Assembly: GCF_006345805.1 (NCBI RefSeq)
Contig: NC_043009.1
Location: forward strand, 33,976,001-34,040,000
Length of the DNA: 64,000 bases
DNA from: Octopus sinensis
Lineage: Eukaryota
Direction: 5' to 3'
Shown in pieces: positions 10,131 through 23,440 of this stretch (positions are counted from its first letter, which is position 1; every line of letters begins with the position of its first letter). The notes beneath the pieces were generated by a model. That model saw nothing but the letters and a program-made list of their open reading frames with translations, did no database searches and was not told where the DNA came from. The position numbers and the translations under genes are program-made.

Positions 10131-12939
10131 TCAAGAATACAGGTGACAGTGAGATTGCTGTTTGTTGTGAACTCCACTGTTATTATTTGATTGCTGTTGT
10201 TCTTTATATCTGTGTGTAAAGATCAGTTGTGCTTTGCAGGGTTGCTTTACTTTTGCACTTAACTTAGAAACAGAGAAAGACAAAGTGCTAAATATAAAAA
10301 AATAAGCCATTTAGGGCTAGAAATATTGCAGGAAAGCATGAAATTCTTCAAGCAGGCATGTGTCATACACAAAATCTATGATGAGCCCAAACAACAGAAT
10401 CTGTGATGAGCCCGAGTGATGCTGATAACTTGGAGTTGCTGTTGGTTGGTTGGTAGGTAGACATGCATACATACATGTATGTATGTATTATGTATACAAT
10501 GGGCTTCTTTCAGTTTCTGTCTACAAAATCTACTTACAAGTCTTTGGTTGGCCCAAAGCTATAGTAGAAGACACTTCTTCAAGGTGCTATGCTGTGGGAC
10601 AGAACTTGGAACCATGTGGTCAGGAAACAAACATCTAACTACACAGCCAGACTTTGAGATGAGAACTCCTCCTTTCATCCTCAATGGCCACATCTGCATA
10701 TTAAACTGCCTGCCATGTTCTTTCTCCTCCAGTGACCATAAGTGAATGTTTACACTGAAACTCCTTTTCACTCGTATGTTAGCTTTAACTCCTTTCTACC
10801 ATGTGATATTTATACCCCAACAATGTATTGAGGTATAAATCAACAATACTTAAATACAGGGCTTGCTCTTTAATCAAATAGACAACAAAACAATAGTCAG
10901 TTACTAAGAACCAAAACATATACTCCCATTATACCCACATTGCCAGACAACAGTAGTTCGCTGAATGAGTTCCTTACTTAATATTCCACTGCAATCCTTT
11001 TAACAAGTCTCTTGCCCTATCTAATATATATGTGTCTCAAAAAATATTTCAAACAGTCAAACAAATAATTTTGATAATGGCATTAATAATAACAACAGTG
11101 ATGCTTGCACATGATCAGTATTTTATATCAATCACTCCTACAATGGCTAAGTTAAGGCTAATTTTAAATCCAAAACAATTTCTTGATATATCACTGTTCT
11201 TAAATTACCACTAAAGCAACAATTACAAGTACTCCATGAAATTTTGAAAGAAATTCTCTCACTCAAAAAGGAGATAAGTTATGGTACAAACTGCCACACT
11301 CTTAAAACCAGAATTTGTGCCCCAAGTATATGGGGTAGAGAACTACAAGGGTGATGATATAAAATATTAAAAATGATGTGGATTTTTGGTGGTTAATCAA
11401 TTTTGTTTTACAGTATGGTAAGTGATTAAAGTAGGACTGATGAGGGGCAACATGCAGTCAAAGAGCAGCAAAATGGATTTACAAATTCACTAGGGGATGG
11501 TAGGAAGGAATTAAAGCTAAAATACACTTGTAGTCATCGGAGGAGAAAGAACATGTGACAGGCAGTGTAAGACATGCACGTGTTCATTGAGGGTTAAAGG
11601 AGAAACAACCTGAAAGCTACCAAGCCATACTAAAATTGTTCCTAGCTGAATATACCAAGATAAAGGGCTTAAAACTGATGATACAGGACAACAAGTCTAG
11701 TTGCTACATATGATATATGAACTACCTTAATGTCTTTGCTTTGAAGAATTGGAAAGACTAGGCAAAGAAATGAGAAAGGAAAGTACAGAGACCAGCTGAG
11801 GGAGCAACAAAAGCAACAAGACCTAGTTTCCAGAGGTTCATCAGTCACAGTTCCCAGAACGGCAGAGAAAAGTTCAATGAACAAGCAAATAGAGACCTAG
11901 CCCTCTAACAGTAGTACCACTCCATCATAATGTGATGAGGAATAGGTAACGTATTGGAGGAAATACAAAATGCAAAAAAAGAAAAGAAAATGAATCAAAA
12001 AGTTGATGCAAACCAACTAAATTGGGAAAGGATAAATGATCTTGAAATAACAATGATGCCACTCCTCAGAATAATATTGGTCACAAATTTTGACACAAGG
12101 CCAGCAATTTTGGGGTAGGGAGTCAGTCAATTACATCGACCCCAGTACTCAACTGGTACTTACTTAATGGGCACTAAATGAAAGGCAAGGTCTACCTCAG
12201 TGGAATTTGAACTCAATATTTAAAACAATGAAGGGGAAGCTAAAAAACTGGGATTCTCAATTCTTCAAAAATGAAACAAACAATAGATAAAATTACACAT
12301 CTGTGGTGCTTAGGCTATTCAGATGAAGTAAAAATAACAGACACAATTGGGTCTGGAATATAAGAAATACACAAAGGATATATTGTGTGAATGAAAACCC
12401 AAAACACTTCTTACATTTTCCTTTTAATTATATCGTTATTAATCATTGATTTTTTTCTTTAGCATACAGTTTTTTTTCTATTTTGTACAAATGTTTGTGT
12501 TTTATCAATTTTAATTTGTCTATTGTATAACATCTTTCACCCATCCCACATCTTTATATAACTTCTCTGCCCTACCCAACACTTATCTGTAAGGCTCCTG
12601 TTTAATATTTCAGTAGTTTTCTGTATCTCTTCAAGCTTATAAGGCTTATAAAGAAATTATTATCATCATCATTATTATTATCATCATCATCATTATTATC
12701 ATTATGATTTAATAATAATAATAAACCTTTCTACAATAGGCACAAGGCTTGAAATTTGGGGAGAAGGGACTAGTTGATTACATAAACATCAGTATTTCAC
12801 TTGTACTTAATTTATCAACCCTGAAAGGATGAAAGGCAAAGTTGACTGTGGAAGAATTTGAACTCAGAACATAAAGATGGATGAAACGCCACAAAGTATT
12901 TCACCCTGCGTGCTAACAATTTTGTCAGTCCGCCGCCTT

Positions 12940-12940
12940 C

Positions 12941-13010
<70 letters not shown>

Positions 13011-13035
13011 CATAATAATAATAATAATAATAATC
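12940..13035. repeat. (AAT)n microsatellite
   Basis: Directly visible. Confidence 0.95.
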
Positions 13036-13753
13036 AACCAATCAAGCACTGAGGTTGATGTAATTAATTAGCCATATCCCCCAAACTATCAAGTTTTTGT
13101 GTATATAGTAGAAAGAATTATTAAAACTATTTGATTTGTTTACAGAAGTAATGAAGCAAGACTACAAACTAGAAAAAAGGGAAAGTTGAAAAAAAAAATA
13201 AAGCTGGTAATCACTCACACACACACACATACACACACACATACGCACAATTTTTGCGCATATTTAATTACTGATTCAGAATGAACATTGATTTAGCAAG
13301 TAGTTGGTGTCATAACTTCATGTTTATGTAAATTAAATAAAGGGGCCAAATAGACCCCATATGTATTACATAAAGAAAATATAGAATACTAACAGGTTAT
13401 TTTGTTTGTTTATTTAATGTCCATTTATCTATGTTAATATGGTTTTGGACAAGGATACATTTGGAGTAGAATTTCATGACTTCATGCCCTTCCCTCACGA
13501 GCTCATATCTGTTTTCAAATATTTTTATTCCACTGGTTCTCAAAACCAAAATTGACCAGTCATAATCTCAAGAAGGTATATAAACATACAGTTTCCCTCC
13601 ACCAGATTCACTCGCAAAGCATTGCTTGGCTAAAGTAGAAGACATCTGTCCAAAATATAGCAAAGCAGGGCTGAATTTAAAACCATGTGGTTGTGAAACG
13701 AATTTCTTAACCACACAGCTATGTCAGCATCTTCACATACTTTCTCTTTCTGA

Positions 13754-13784
<31 letters not shown>

Positions 13785-13918
13785 TTTTGAACAAATACAC
13801 ATCTCAGACAAGGTTTAGCATGGTGTGGGGAGTGTTTAAACCACAGCAATAACACTGATAGCATTTTGAACGGCATTAATGACAAGAAATGAAAGATGAA
13901 TGTGTATCTCTAACATAC

Positions 13919-13955
13919 CTGCTTGTAGTTTCTCCCTCTTCCGTTTTTCTAGTCC
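13919..13955 (-). CDS. Candidate 37-nt internal exon of an unidentified host gene
   Basis: Pyrimidine-rich acceptor ...ctcgttttaccttccag, exon GGACTAGAAAAACGGAAGAGGGAGAAACTACAAGCAG (GLEKRKREKLQA in phase 0), donor gtatgt; I do not recognise it as a repeat. Confidence 0.35.
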
Positions 13956-14210
13956 CTGGAAGGTAAAACGAGCACAGATGAATGGAAATGAATTTGATCT
14001 CTGCCTTACAAGTGGCATTTTTAAAAAAAAATTTCTTTTTATTATTCACATATCAAATAGACTGAAGGCCTGAATGGAAACAAAGATAAAGATGACAAAG
14101 GACAAAAGAGAGGAAGCGGGAAAGAGAGAGTAAAGAAAAAGACAAGTGTATGGAGACGTGTGTGCGTGCACGCATGCGTGTGTATGAGTGTGTATGCATG
14201 GTATGTATAT

Positions 14211-14250
<40 letters not shown>

Positions 14251-14805
14251 GCATTCATGTTTGAGTATGGAGGAAGATGGCAGGAAGAGGGGAGAGAGGG
14301 AGAGTGAGTAAGTTATATGGAGGGATGTGCGCATGCAAGGATGTGATGAAAGTGTGTAAGAATGTATGAGTGTTTGAATGAGGAGAAAAAATGACGAAAA
14401 TAAAATTAAAATAAAAACAAAATGCTTAAAAACACAATAAAAATAAAGCTGCAACTAATAAATTAGGTTGAAATTGTTCAATTGTTAGAATAAGAGAAGA
14501 GAGTGAGAGTAGTATGGAGAGAGAGAGAGGGAGATAGAAAAAGAGGAGTACTTTTCCACAGAGAAACGACAACAATGAAAACAGAAAAAAATGAAACCTC
14601 TAGAACTTCCTATAGAACCAGGTTCACTCCTCTAAACACACACATACACATGTGAGTGTATGTGTATATACATATATATATACGCACACATATGTATATA
14701 TACACCATGCCAGCATGGAAAGTGGACATTAAATGGTGATGATGATGATACACAAGGCAACAGCAATAAAAAACAAGACTATTTTATAGCAATGATTGCT
14801 GCCAC

Positions 14806-15050
14806 CACACCATCAACGCCACTACAGGGAGCCAACAAGAAGCCTCTAAGTGGTCAGATACTTGTTTGATCTGAGAGAAAAATCAACCAAATGTCCTCTG
14901 AATCACAATGTCATAGGGAAAAAATGCATAGGATAATGTGGACTAGACTTGTCTACACATAGGAAAATGACAGGATGGTCATGGCCGGTATACTTTTGAT
15001 CATATGTCTTCTCAATCAGTACTGACCTGCAATTAAACAACAACAACAAC
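14806..15050 (+). repeat. (AAC)n-tailed repeat with flank, duplicated at 16788-16985
   Basis: About 200 bp of high similarity (gagccaacaagaagcctct...aggaaaatgacaggatggtcatggc). Confidence 0.75.
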
Positions 15051-15065
15051 TATGATGTAAATACC

Positions 15066-15282
15066 TATTTCTTTACTACCCTCAAGGGGCTAAACACAGA
15101 GAGGACAAACGGATTAAGTCGATTATATCGACCCCAGTGCGTAACTGGTACTTATTTAATCGACCCCGAAAGGATGAAAGGCAAAGTCGACCTCGGTGGA
15201 ATTTGAACTCAGAACGTAGTGGCAGACGAAATACTGCAAAGTATTTCGCCCAGCGTGCAAACGTTTCTGCCAGCTCGCTGCC
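15066..15282 (-). mobile_element. Full-length tRNA-derived Meta-like SINE
   Basis: Same family as 3125-3355; flanked by atgat(g)taaatacc on both sides. Confidence 0.9.
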
Positions 15283-16149
15283 ATGATAAATACCACTACC
15301 AACAAAAACAATCAAGAGGCAAAATAGGGAGAAATGGAGGATGGGGAATAAATGTTTCAGGAAGTGGTGGTGATAGTAGAAGAGATGTCACTACATGACC
15401 ATGAAGAGGGAAGAGTGGGTTAGTAGTCAAGAATGAGTTAAGACAATAGCTTTAGTTTTCCTTTCACGTGTTATTATTATCATCATCACCATATCACAAT
15501 CAAGAACCAATGAATGAGGAAGCCTCTACATTTTTGCTCCACCTACTAAAAATAATTAGTCAAATATCCCTCAATTTACATATCCTACAGTCTTTAAAAA
15601 TGGACACACTGAATAATATGGTGCTTGGTTCTGGTGCATACAGGAGAAAGATGGATTGCTCATGGCTGGATTGGTTTTGATACAGGCTTGTTTAATCTGA
15701 GCTGACCTGGTGCTAAATAACTGGAACACGAGCCAATGAACTCACTATGCAGTCTCTAGACTTGTTAGAAATAGTAGACAAATATACTTTAAAAAACAAA
15801 GACAGACACACTACATTACCACATTAGTATAGTCCTTGATATACACCCCATCTTCACCCCAGATAGTTAATGACTTGAACACCTTTGATCACAGGGCTGT
15901 TTAATCAGAGTTGGCACTGTGTTTTTTAAGCAAAAACACATCACATTCATTGTCATCATCTCATCATAATCGTTGTCGTCGTCATCATCATCACTGCCAC
16001 CACTCTAATCATTATCATCAGTATCAGTAATTAACACCACTATTATACTCCACCATATAACCTCTGTTTCAATTCTACTCAGGCTAAAATGCCAGTCAAA
16101 TTCCTATACTCCCTTGTATTTGCTAATATCAAAAATATTATCCCCATTA

Positions 16150-16720
16150 AGTATTAAGTACTTAAAAGCTGTTCCACATAAAGAGTGCTACGAATACCTA
16201 GGAAGGTGCTGTGAATAAAGATAGAATGACCTCAGAATATTATACCAGACTTGGAAAAATATGGCAGTCTCATCCTACAATATATTTGCAGTACCAGTGC
16301 TGATACCAACAGTTAGTATACATGATTGGTTTGTAGAGGAAATCCACTCCATAGATGTTAAAACCTGCAGGTTCATGATATCAACTGGTAACTCCCACAA
16401 AAATAGTGATATCAACAGTCTCTACCTAAGAAGAGATGGAAGAGGTTAGAGGCTTGAGATCAGTGCAAACAGCCTTCAAATGTCATGTAGTCTCTCTCAG
16501 ACAGTACCTGCTAAACAACAGCAGGAAAAATAAATACATAAACTTAGTGCTTAGAGAACAACAGCCTACATATTAACAGTGAGCTCCTCAGGAAGCACTG
16601 TCTTCCAGACGACCTCCCACACAGTCTCAAAACAACCAGATTAACATAAATCAAAGAAGATAGTATACCAAAAAACGATTATGCATGGGTGTTTCCTGAA
16701 GACTTGAAGAAGACATTGAT
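16150..16720 (+). pseudogene. R4/Dong-like LINE fragment (RT thumb region)
   Basis: YNIFAVPVLIPTV..W..EEIHSIDVKT..HKNSDINSLYLRRDGRG/RGLRSV, paralleling the 27300-27600 part of the large Dong element. Confidence 0.7.
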
Positions 16721-17294
16721 ATGGATGAGAAACAAGACTCATTTATAACTATGATGACTGCCACCACGCCAACCACTAACACCAACAACACCATCAAAAC
16801 CACTACAAGGAGCCAACAAGAAGCCTCTATGTGGTCAGATACTTGCTTGATCTGAGAGAAACATCAACCAAATGTCCATTGAAACACACGATGTCATAGG
16901 GAAAAAATGCATAGGGTAATGTGGACTAGACTTCTCTGCACATAGGAAAATGACAGGATGGTCATGGCTGGTATACTTCTGATTGCAGCCTTTCTTGAAC
17001 ATATGACTGTTACATCACATTATACTTCAAAGACTATGCATTTGCAATCCAAGAACAGGAGATTGCTATAAAATACATTAGAAACAAAAAAGACAGTGGA
17101 GCCCTTAATGCAGCCAAAAATGTCATGTTTCTGTAGAAGATAACACATGAGATTAGCAACTACCCCAAAATATCATTAAGGTACTGCCTCCCTATACAAC
17201 ACAGTGTTGTCACAAAAATAATACACAATGACATTAAAAAAGACTGTTCTGCAATAAATATAGAGAATCACCCTGTTATTGAATATAGGCAAGT

Positions 17295-17685
17295 TGAGGC
17301 CAGTAAAAATCGAAATTGATCAACATCAATGGAAATTGTAGCTGTAATACCAGTGTCGGTGGCATGTAAGAGAACCATTCGAACATGGCCGTTGCTAGCG
17401 CCACCCTGACTGGCCTCCGTGCCGGTGGCACGTAAAAAGAACCATCCGATTGTGGCCGTTGCCAGCCTTGTCTGGCCTCCGTGCCGGTGGCACATAAAAA
17501 GCACCATCTGATCATGGCCGTTTGCACCCACTACACTCATGGAATAGTTGGCGTTAGGAGAAACACTGCCAGATCAGACTGGGCCTGGTGCAGCCTTCTG
17601 GCTTCCCAGACCTCAGTTGAACTGTCCAACCCATGCTAGCATGGAAAGCGGACGTTAAACGATGATGATGATGATGATGATGATA
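17295..17685 (+). mobile_element. RTE-type 3' region with tandem units
   Basis: Shares aaattgatcaacatcaatggaaattgtagctgt with the 9028-9499 copy; (GAT)n tail. Confidence 0.8.
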
Positions 17686-19068
17686 CACACAAAAACAATA
17701 TACAATGTCATCTGGAAAAAAGGCTATCCTGGAATAAATATAGAGAGGCTCCCTGTTATTGAATAAGTACACAAACATCAATATAAGGAAGAGTAAAGTA
17801 TGCAAGGCTTTTCTCAAGTTTAAAATGGAAATTTGTTTTTCTTATCTACATTCAAACAATATAGTGTTGTGTCTTTGCTAGAAACCAGTTTCTTCGTCAG
17901 AGGAAGAATACTAATAATTAAAAACAGAAACAGACAAATGTACGTAAGTACATACATACATACATACATACATACATACATACAAGGTGTCCCAAAATAA
18001 TACATATACATATACTAGCTGGGTATCCCATCGTTGAGTAATTTTCACAATAAAATAAATGCAATGGCAGACTTTCGGAATAGCACATCAACATAAGTTG
18101 GATTTTCTGTTTTAATGGGGATTTTTCAATGGGGATTTTTAATTTAATGGGGATTTTTGAAGTTTTTGTTTTCACCACACCCTTGTGAATGATAGTGGAG
18201 AGCGTTTTATGAAGAAAATTTTGGAAAATTTATGAATACCCTCCCACCACCCACCAAATCCACACACTTCCAGAACAACTTTGTCCAATTATTTTTTGCA
18301 CTACGAACTAAAAAACAATGGGAGACACCTTTTCCATTAAAAAAAAACCCCAAAAATTTGAAAAGTTGTGAACCTCCATACTGATTTTATACATTTTTTT
18401 TTTGTACTATGCACTTAAAAACGATGTAGGTTAAAGCCTTCAAGGTTTAAAAAAAAAAAATATTTGGAAATTAGCTATTACCATCACAATCCCCACTTCC
18501 TTTATTTTCAAACAGGCAATGAAACGTAATTTAAAACAATAGTGAAATTAAAAAAAAATTTTTAATCAACCCTGCTTCCCTATAAATCCTAAAATTTCAG
18601 CTATTTTCCAAATCTTTTTTATCATAGTTTTAAAATACAAACAGTCTGAATCTACAATTTGTTTCTGTGCATAATTTCAAAATAATTTGCAGATGAAAAG
18701 GTAATTCAAGGAAGATTAAGTAGATGGTTCTAGTACATCCCACACCACCTGGTACCTTCCTTTGTTTTTCTGTTACTCTGACATGTATTGATGCTTTTCA
18801 ATATTTTTCTACTCATAAGAACATTGTATGGAATGATGATACAGTGGTCCATTATTAGGATTTAAGCAACAATGAAAAAATTTTGTAATTGGAATTTTTA
18901 ATCTCCACCCAACAACAAGTGAGTGTGTGTGTGTGTGTGTTTGTGTAAGACAAAACATATTTACTAACAGAAATGTATGCCATTAAGATAAATAATTTTT
19001 TTCATACCTATTTTAAATCACCCTGTTGCTTTAATGAAATTCCTTACACACATGTATACACACACATT

Positions 19069-19112
<44 letters not shown>

Positions 19113-19470
19113 TAGTGTTAGCAACATACTTTTATAGAAGGTGAAATAGTGTAGTAAATATATAGAGAGAAGGGGAAAGTTTACCATGAAAAAAGCAAAA
19201 GATGAAAGAGATAGACAAATATATATATATATAGAGAGAAAGAGATCTTTTCTGTTGCTGTGACAGATTTTGAAATTTTAAAATTAAGTTAAAATTTTTT
19301 AATTTGGTACATCGATGTATGTCTTCAAACTGAATTCAATTTTGTGATTCATTGATTTCATAATAAATTTAGAAAACTGTTACAGACGTTTAAAGTTTGA
19401 TCATTTTTACCCATTCAGAAACCAGGATTTGTGCGTGATAGCTGTGTATCATAAACTGAAAGTAAGCAGT

Positions 19471-20030
19471 ATAGGCATAGGAGTGGCTGTGTGATAAGTT
19501 ACGTGCTTCTAACCACATGATACTAACCACTGCATGGCACCTTGGGCAAGTGTCTTCTACTACAGCCATGGGCTGACCAAAGCCTTGTGGGTGGATTTGG
19601 TAGACGGAAACTGAAAGAATGCCATCATATATATATATATATATAAATAAATAAATAAATAAATAAATGAGTGTCTTTTTGCCTTGTTAACAATTAACAC
19701 AGAAAAAATAAATAATGTCAGTGGAATTTTCGAAATGTGTGTCGAAAGTAAAAGTATTTGATTTATACCTGCGTCAAACTCCATTTATATATATATATAA
19801 ATATATAGATGTACATGTTTGTACATCTGTGTTTGTCCCCCACTGTTGCTTGGCAACCACTGTTAGTGTGTTTATGTCCCCGTAACTTGGCAGTTTGGCA
19901 AAAGTGACTGATAAAATAGTACTAGGCTTACAAAGAATAAGTCCTGGGGTCAATTTGTTTGACTAAAGGTGGTGCTCCAGCATGGCCTCAGTCAAATGAC
20001 TGAAACAAGTAAAAGAATAAAAGAAATTAC
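19471..20030 (+). mobile_element. tRNA-derived CORE SINE with expanded internal microsatellite
   Basis: Head, core and tail as in 8121-8485. Confidence 0.8.
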
Positions 20031-20523
20031 AAGACAAAGTTTTAAGCAAAATGAAAGCAATGCGTAAGCGATGATAACACATATATGGAGAGAGAGAGAG
20101 TAATAAAGAGTGTAGTAAATGGAGGTGTAAGAGAGAGAGAGAGATTGATGGTGACAGATAGAGAGGAGAGATTTGTCAATCTAAAAATTGAGTTATTTCT
20201 TATAGCGAATTATATTTTTAGATTATTATTTATGGACAATTTGCTGGCTGGTTGGTGTCAGGAAGGGCATCCAGCTGTAAAAACCCTGCCAAAACAGACA
20301 CAGAAGTCTGGTGCAGGCTCCGCCTGGCCAGTCCCTGTCAAACAATCCAACCCATGCCAGCATGGAAGGTGGACATTAGACAATGATGATGATGATGATG
20401 ACAACCTTCTCTTTGGGACGCAAATTTCAAAAATCAAATTCATTTTCTTCACAGACAAACTGTTTCAAACTATTTCCGGGCTAAACACAGATACATAACC
20501 ACATACACACTCATTTATATAGA

Positions 20524-20559
<36 letters not shown>

Positions 20560-20562
<3 letters not shown>

Positions 20563-20921
20563 AATGGCAAAATGTTTGTCTGTGTGTGTGTGTATCCTTT
20601 ATACAAATCCACAATTTTTCAGTTAGAGGGCTCGCACTTTCTATGGTCATTCAAAACCATCCAAGGGTGGTCGTGCACATCTTTACATTTCCCCAGTCAC
20701 CCCGCAAAGCCATTAAAAAATCAACAGAAGTTGACTTTTTTGTGAATTTTCTATCCAAAACCTAATCAAAATGCTCAAAACTTTATACGCCAATTGAATG
20801 CCAGCTAGCTGTATATGATCGGCCGAAGATTTGGACAGTACTCGTGTGTATGTGTGCATGCATGCAGCTGTATATGCATGCACTAGCACTATGACCCCGC
20901 GTTGCCAGGTCATAGTGCTAG
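20560..20921 (+). mobile_element. Non-autonomous Helitron-like element
   Basis: Ends in CTAG|T with a perfect 15-bp inverted repeat ACTAGCACTATGACC (20882-20896) / GGTCATAGTGCTAGT (20908-20922); 5' end obscured by (TA)n. Confidence 0.55.
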
Positions 20922-20984
20922 TATATATATATATATATATATTAACATCTGATAACTTAATGAATTAGGAAAGGAGTCAGAGTA

Positions 20985-22075
20985 AGCTTTGAATATAAGA
21001 AATTTTTCCTAAAGTGCTACTGGAAATTTGAAAGTGCAGTTGAAGTGTAAAGACAGTTTAGGAGGAAATTTAGATCAACCCACCTATGGAACTTACCATC
21101 ACTCAAATTAGACATAAATTTGAGGCAGATGGAACTGTTCAGAATGTCCACAAGAAATGTTCCAGAAGACTACAGACATTGATGAGTCCCACAAAGCAAA
21201 AAAGGATACTAGAAATGTATTGCAAAAACTCAAGAAAATTTGGAAGGCAAACAAGTCATGAGATAGGAATTTCAATATCAAATGTTCATCGCACTTTAAA
21301 ATACAGTCATTGGAAAAGTTACATTCCAAGAAATAGTCCATGATCTCAATGAAGATGATTCAGACTGAAGAGTGAACTTGTGCCGGTGGTATTTGGCAAG
21401 ATGTGCAGAAAATACACACTGTGACAACAAAGAGTGTTTAAAGTGATGAGGATTCATTTAAGTTAAATGGCTCAATTAGCCACCACAGATGCACCCTCTG
21501 GGGACCTGAGAATATACATATTACAGAGAAACATCATGTTAATTCACAAGGAGTTTCATTATGGTGCACATTATCATCTAAAAGATAAACTGGGTCATTC
21601 TTTATTGACAGTAGAGTGACTGGTCTCATCTACATGCACTGGCTGTGACAACCTACCATGGCCCATATTCCAGAGGACTTTGAAGATGTTGAGTTTAATT
21701 TTTAGACAGATGGAGTACACCAACTCTACCACATTAATGTAAAGGCCTACGTTGATCAGACTTTACCAAAAACATGCAGCACCCTCTGCTTTCATTAGGT
21801 CCCACACCACTGGATTTTTTTAAAAGATAAAGTTTATGGTACAAAACTAGCAACATTCAACTAATTGAGAGCAACCACTGGATGAGAATGTGCACAAATG
21901 CCAAATGAGATGTTTCTTGATGTTTGTGATTCTGTTGCTTCATTTTATCAGCAGTGTCTAGACCAGAAGTTCATCAATTTGAAAATAGGTATTTATGAAA
22001 AAATTAAATTCTGTTTGAAGATCCAGTCAAATTTTGAAAATGAAATGTATTTTAATCATTCAATGAGTATATATA
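20985..22075 (+). mobile_element. Degenerate Tc1-like transposon with DUF4817-type N-terminus
   Basis: [59 protein letters not shown]-like and WPPRSPDL-like remnants. Confidence 0.75.
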
Positions 22076-23440
22076 TTTTTTATGATGCTCTGTGTTTGTG
22101 TGCGTGTGTGTGTATCTTTTGCACATCTTGCCAAACACCACTGACAGAACTCCACTCTTTAGTCTGAATTATCAAATGAGAGCATGGACTATTTCTTGGA
22201 ATGTAACTTTTCCAATGACAGCATTTTAAAGTGCAATGAATATTTGATTTTGAAATTCCATGTACCTCCTCTATAGCAAGACACCTATTTCTGCCTCCCT
22301 ATTTCTATGTCACACTCTAACATTTCATCATCTGATACTGGATCACCTCCTCCAATGCCCCCTCCATTATAGCAAGACACTTGTTCCTGCTTCCCTGTCT
22401 CTTTGTCACCTTCTAACCCTTCCTCCTCTGATATGAGTTTCCCTCCTCAAATGCCCCTCTCATAGATCTTTGTCTTGGATGTTACTTGGTGACCCTACCA
22501 ATGTTGGTGCCATACAAAAAAATATCCAGTCCACATTGTAAAGTGGTTGGCATTTGGAAGGGGATTCAACTGCAAAAATCATGCCAAAACTAACCTTGCC
22601 TGTGCTAGTGCCATGTAAAAAACTTTGAGTCCACTCTGTAGAGTGGTTAGCATTAGGAAGGGCTTCTAACCATAAAACCCTGCCAAAATAGACAGAGTAG
22701 CTTAGGGTAGTTTTTCTACCTGGCCAGCTCCTGTGAACCATCCTAAGCATGCATGAAAGAGGGACATTAAATGATGATGATATAATTTTCTAAGAATACA
22801 ATAACAGGAAACAAAACTGGCGTTGTTTTGATTTTTCTGTATGTGTGTGTGTGGGTGGGTGTGTAAGTCGGACCTGAGAAATATTTCGAGAAATATGAAT
22901 GCATTGATGAAAAACGGAATGCATCAAAGAAGTAGAGTGCACATTGAGCTGTAGATACAGGGTACAAGTAGTTATACCCAGAAAGGTAGATATACCATTG
23001 ATACAGTTATAGTATTTAGCAATGGGTTTACTAATAGAGTGGAAACTAGCCATAAATAAGAGCACAAACTAAGTATGTCTACAAATATGTTGGAGCCAGA
23101 GGTTGAGGTAGGCAGCAGTTGACTGGATATTTGGCTGTAAGGACACTTACACTCACAATGTAAATAGCCACATTTTAAAAACTACACAGTAACTTAAACT
23201 GTGGGTATATATGATATAGGGAGTGAGTCAGACATCGAAGGAGATGATAATGCTGAAGATCATTATTATTATTATTATAATTAACTTTTTGTAATAAACC
23301 CCACATGTCCCCAGTTTTGTATTGTCCCTATTTGTTTTGTGCTTGGCCCTTGTGAACAATAAAGAAACAATTATTATTATTATTAATAATAATGATAATA
23401 ATAATAATAATGATGATGATGATGATGATGATAATAACAA

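Noticed and set aside
12560-12660. Minus-strand ttgaagag...gaaa resembling a hammerhead
   Set aside because: The core lacks CUG and stem II does not pair convincingly.
17976-19030. Possible Tc1-like non-autonomous element (tacaaggtgtccc ... aatcaccctgt)
   Set aside because: The two ends are not mutual reverse complements beyond a few bases and no TSD was confirmed.
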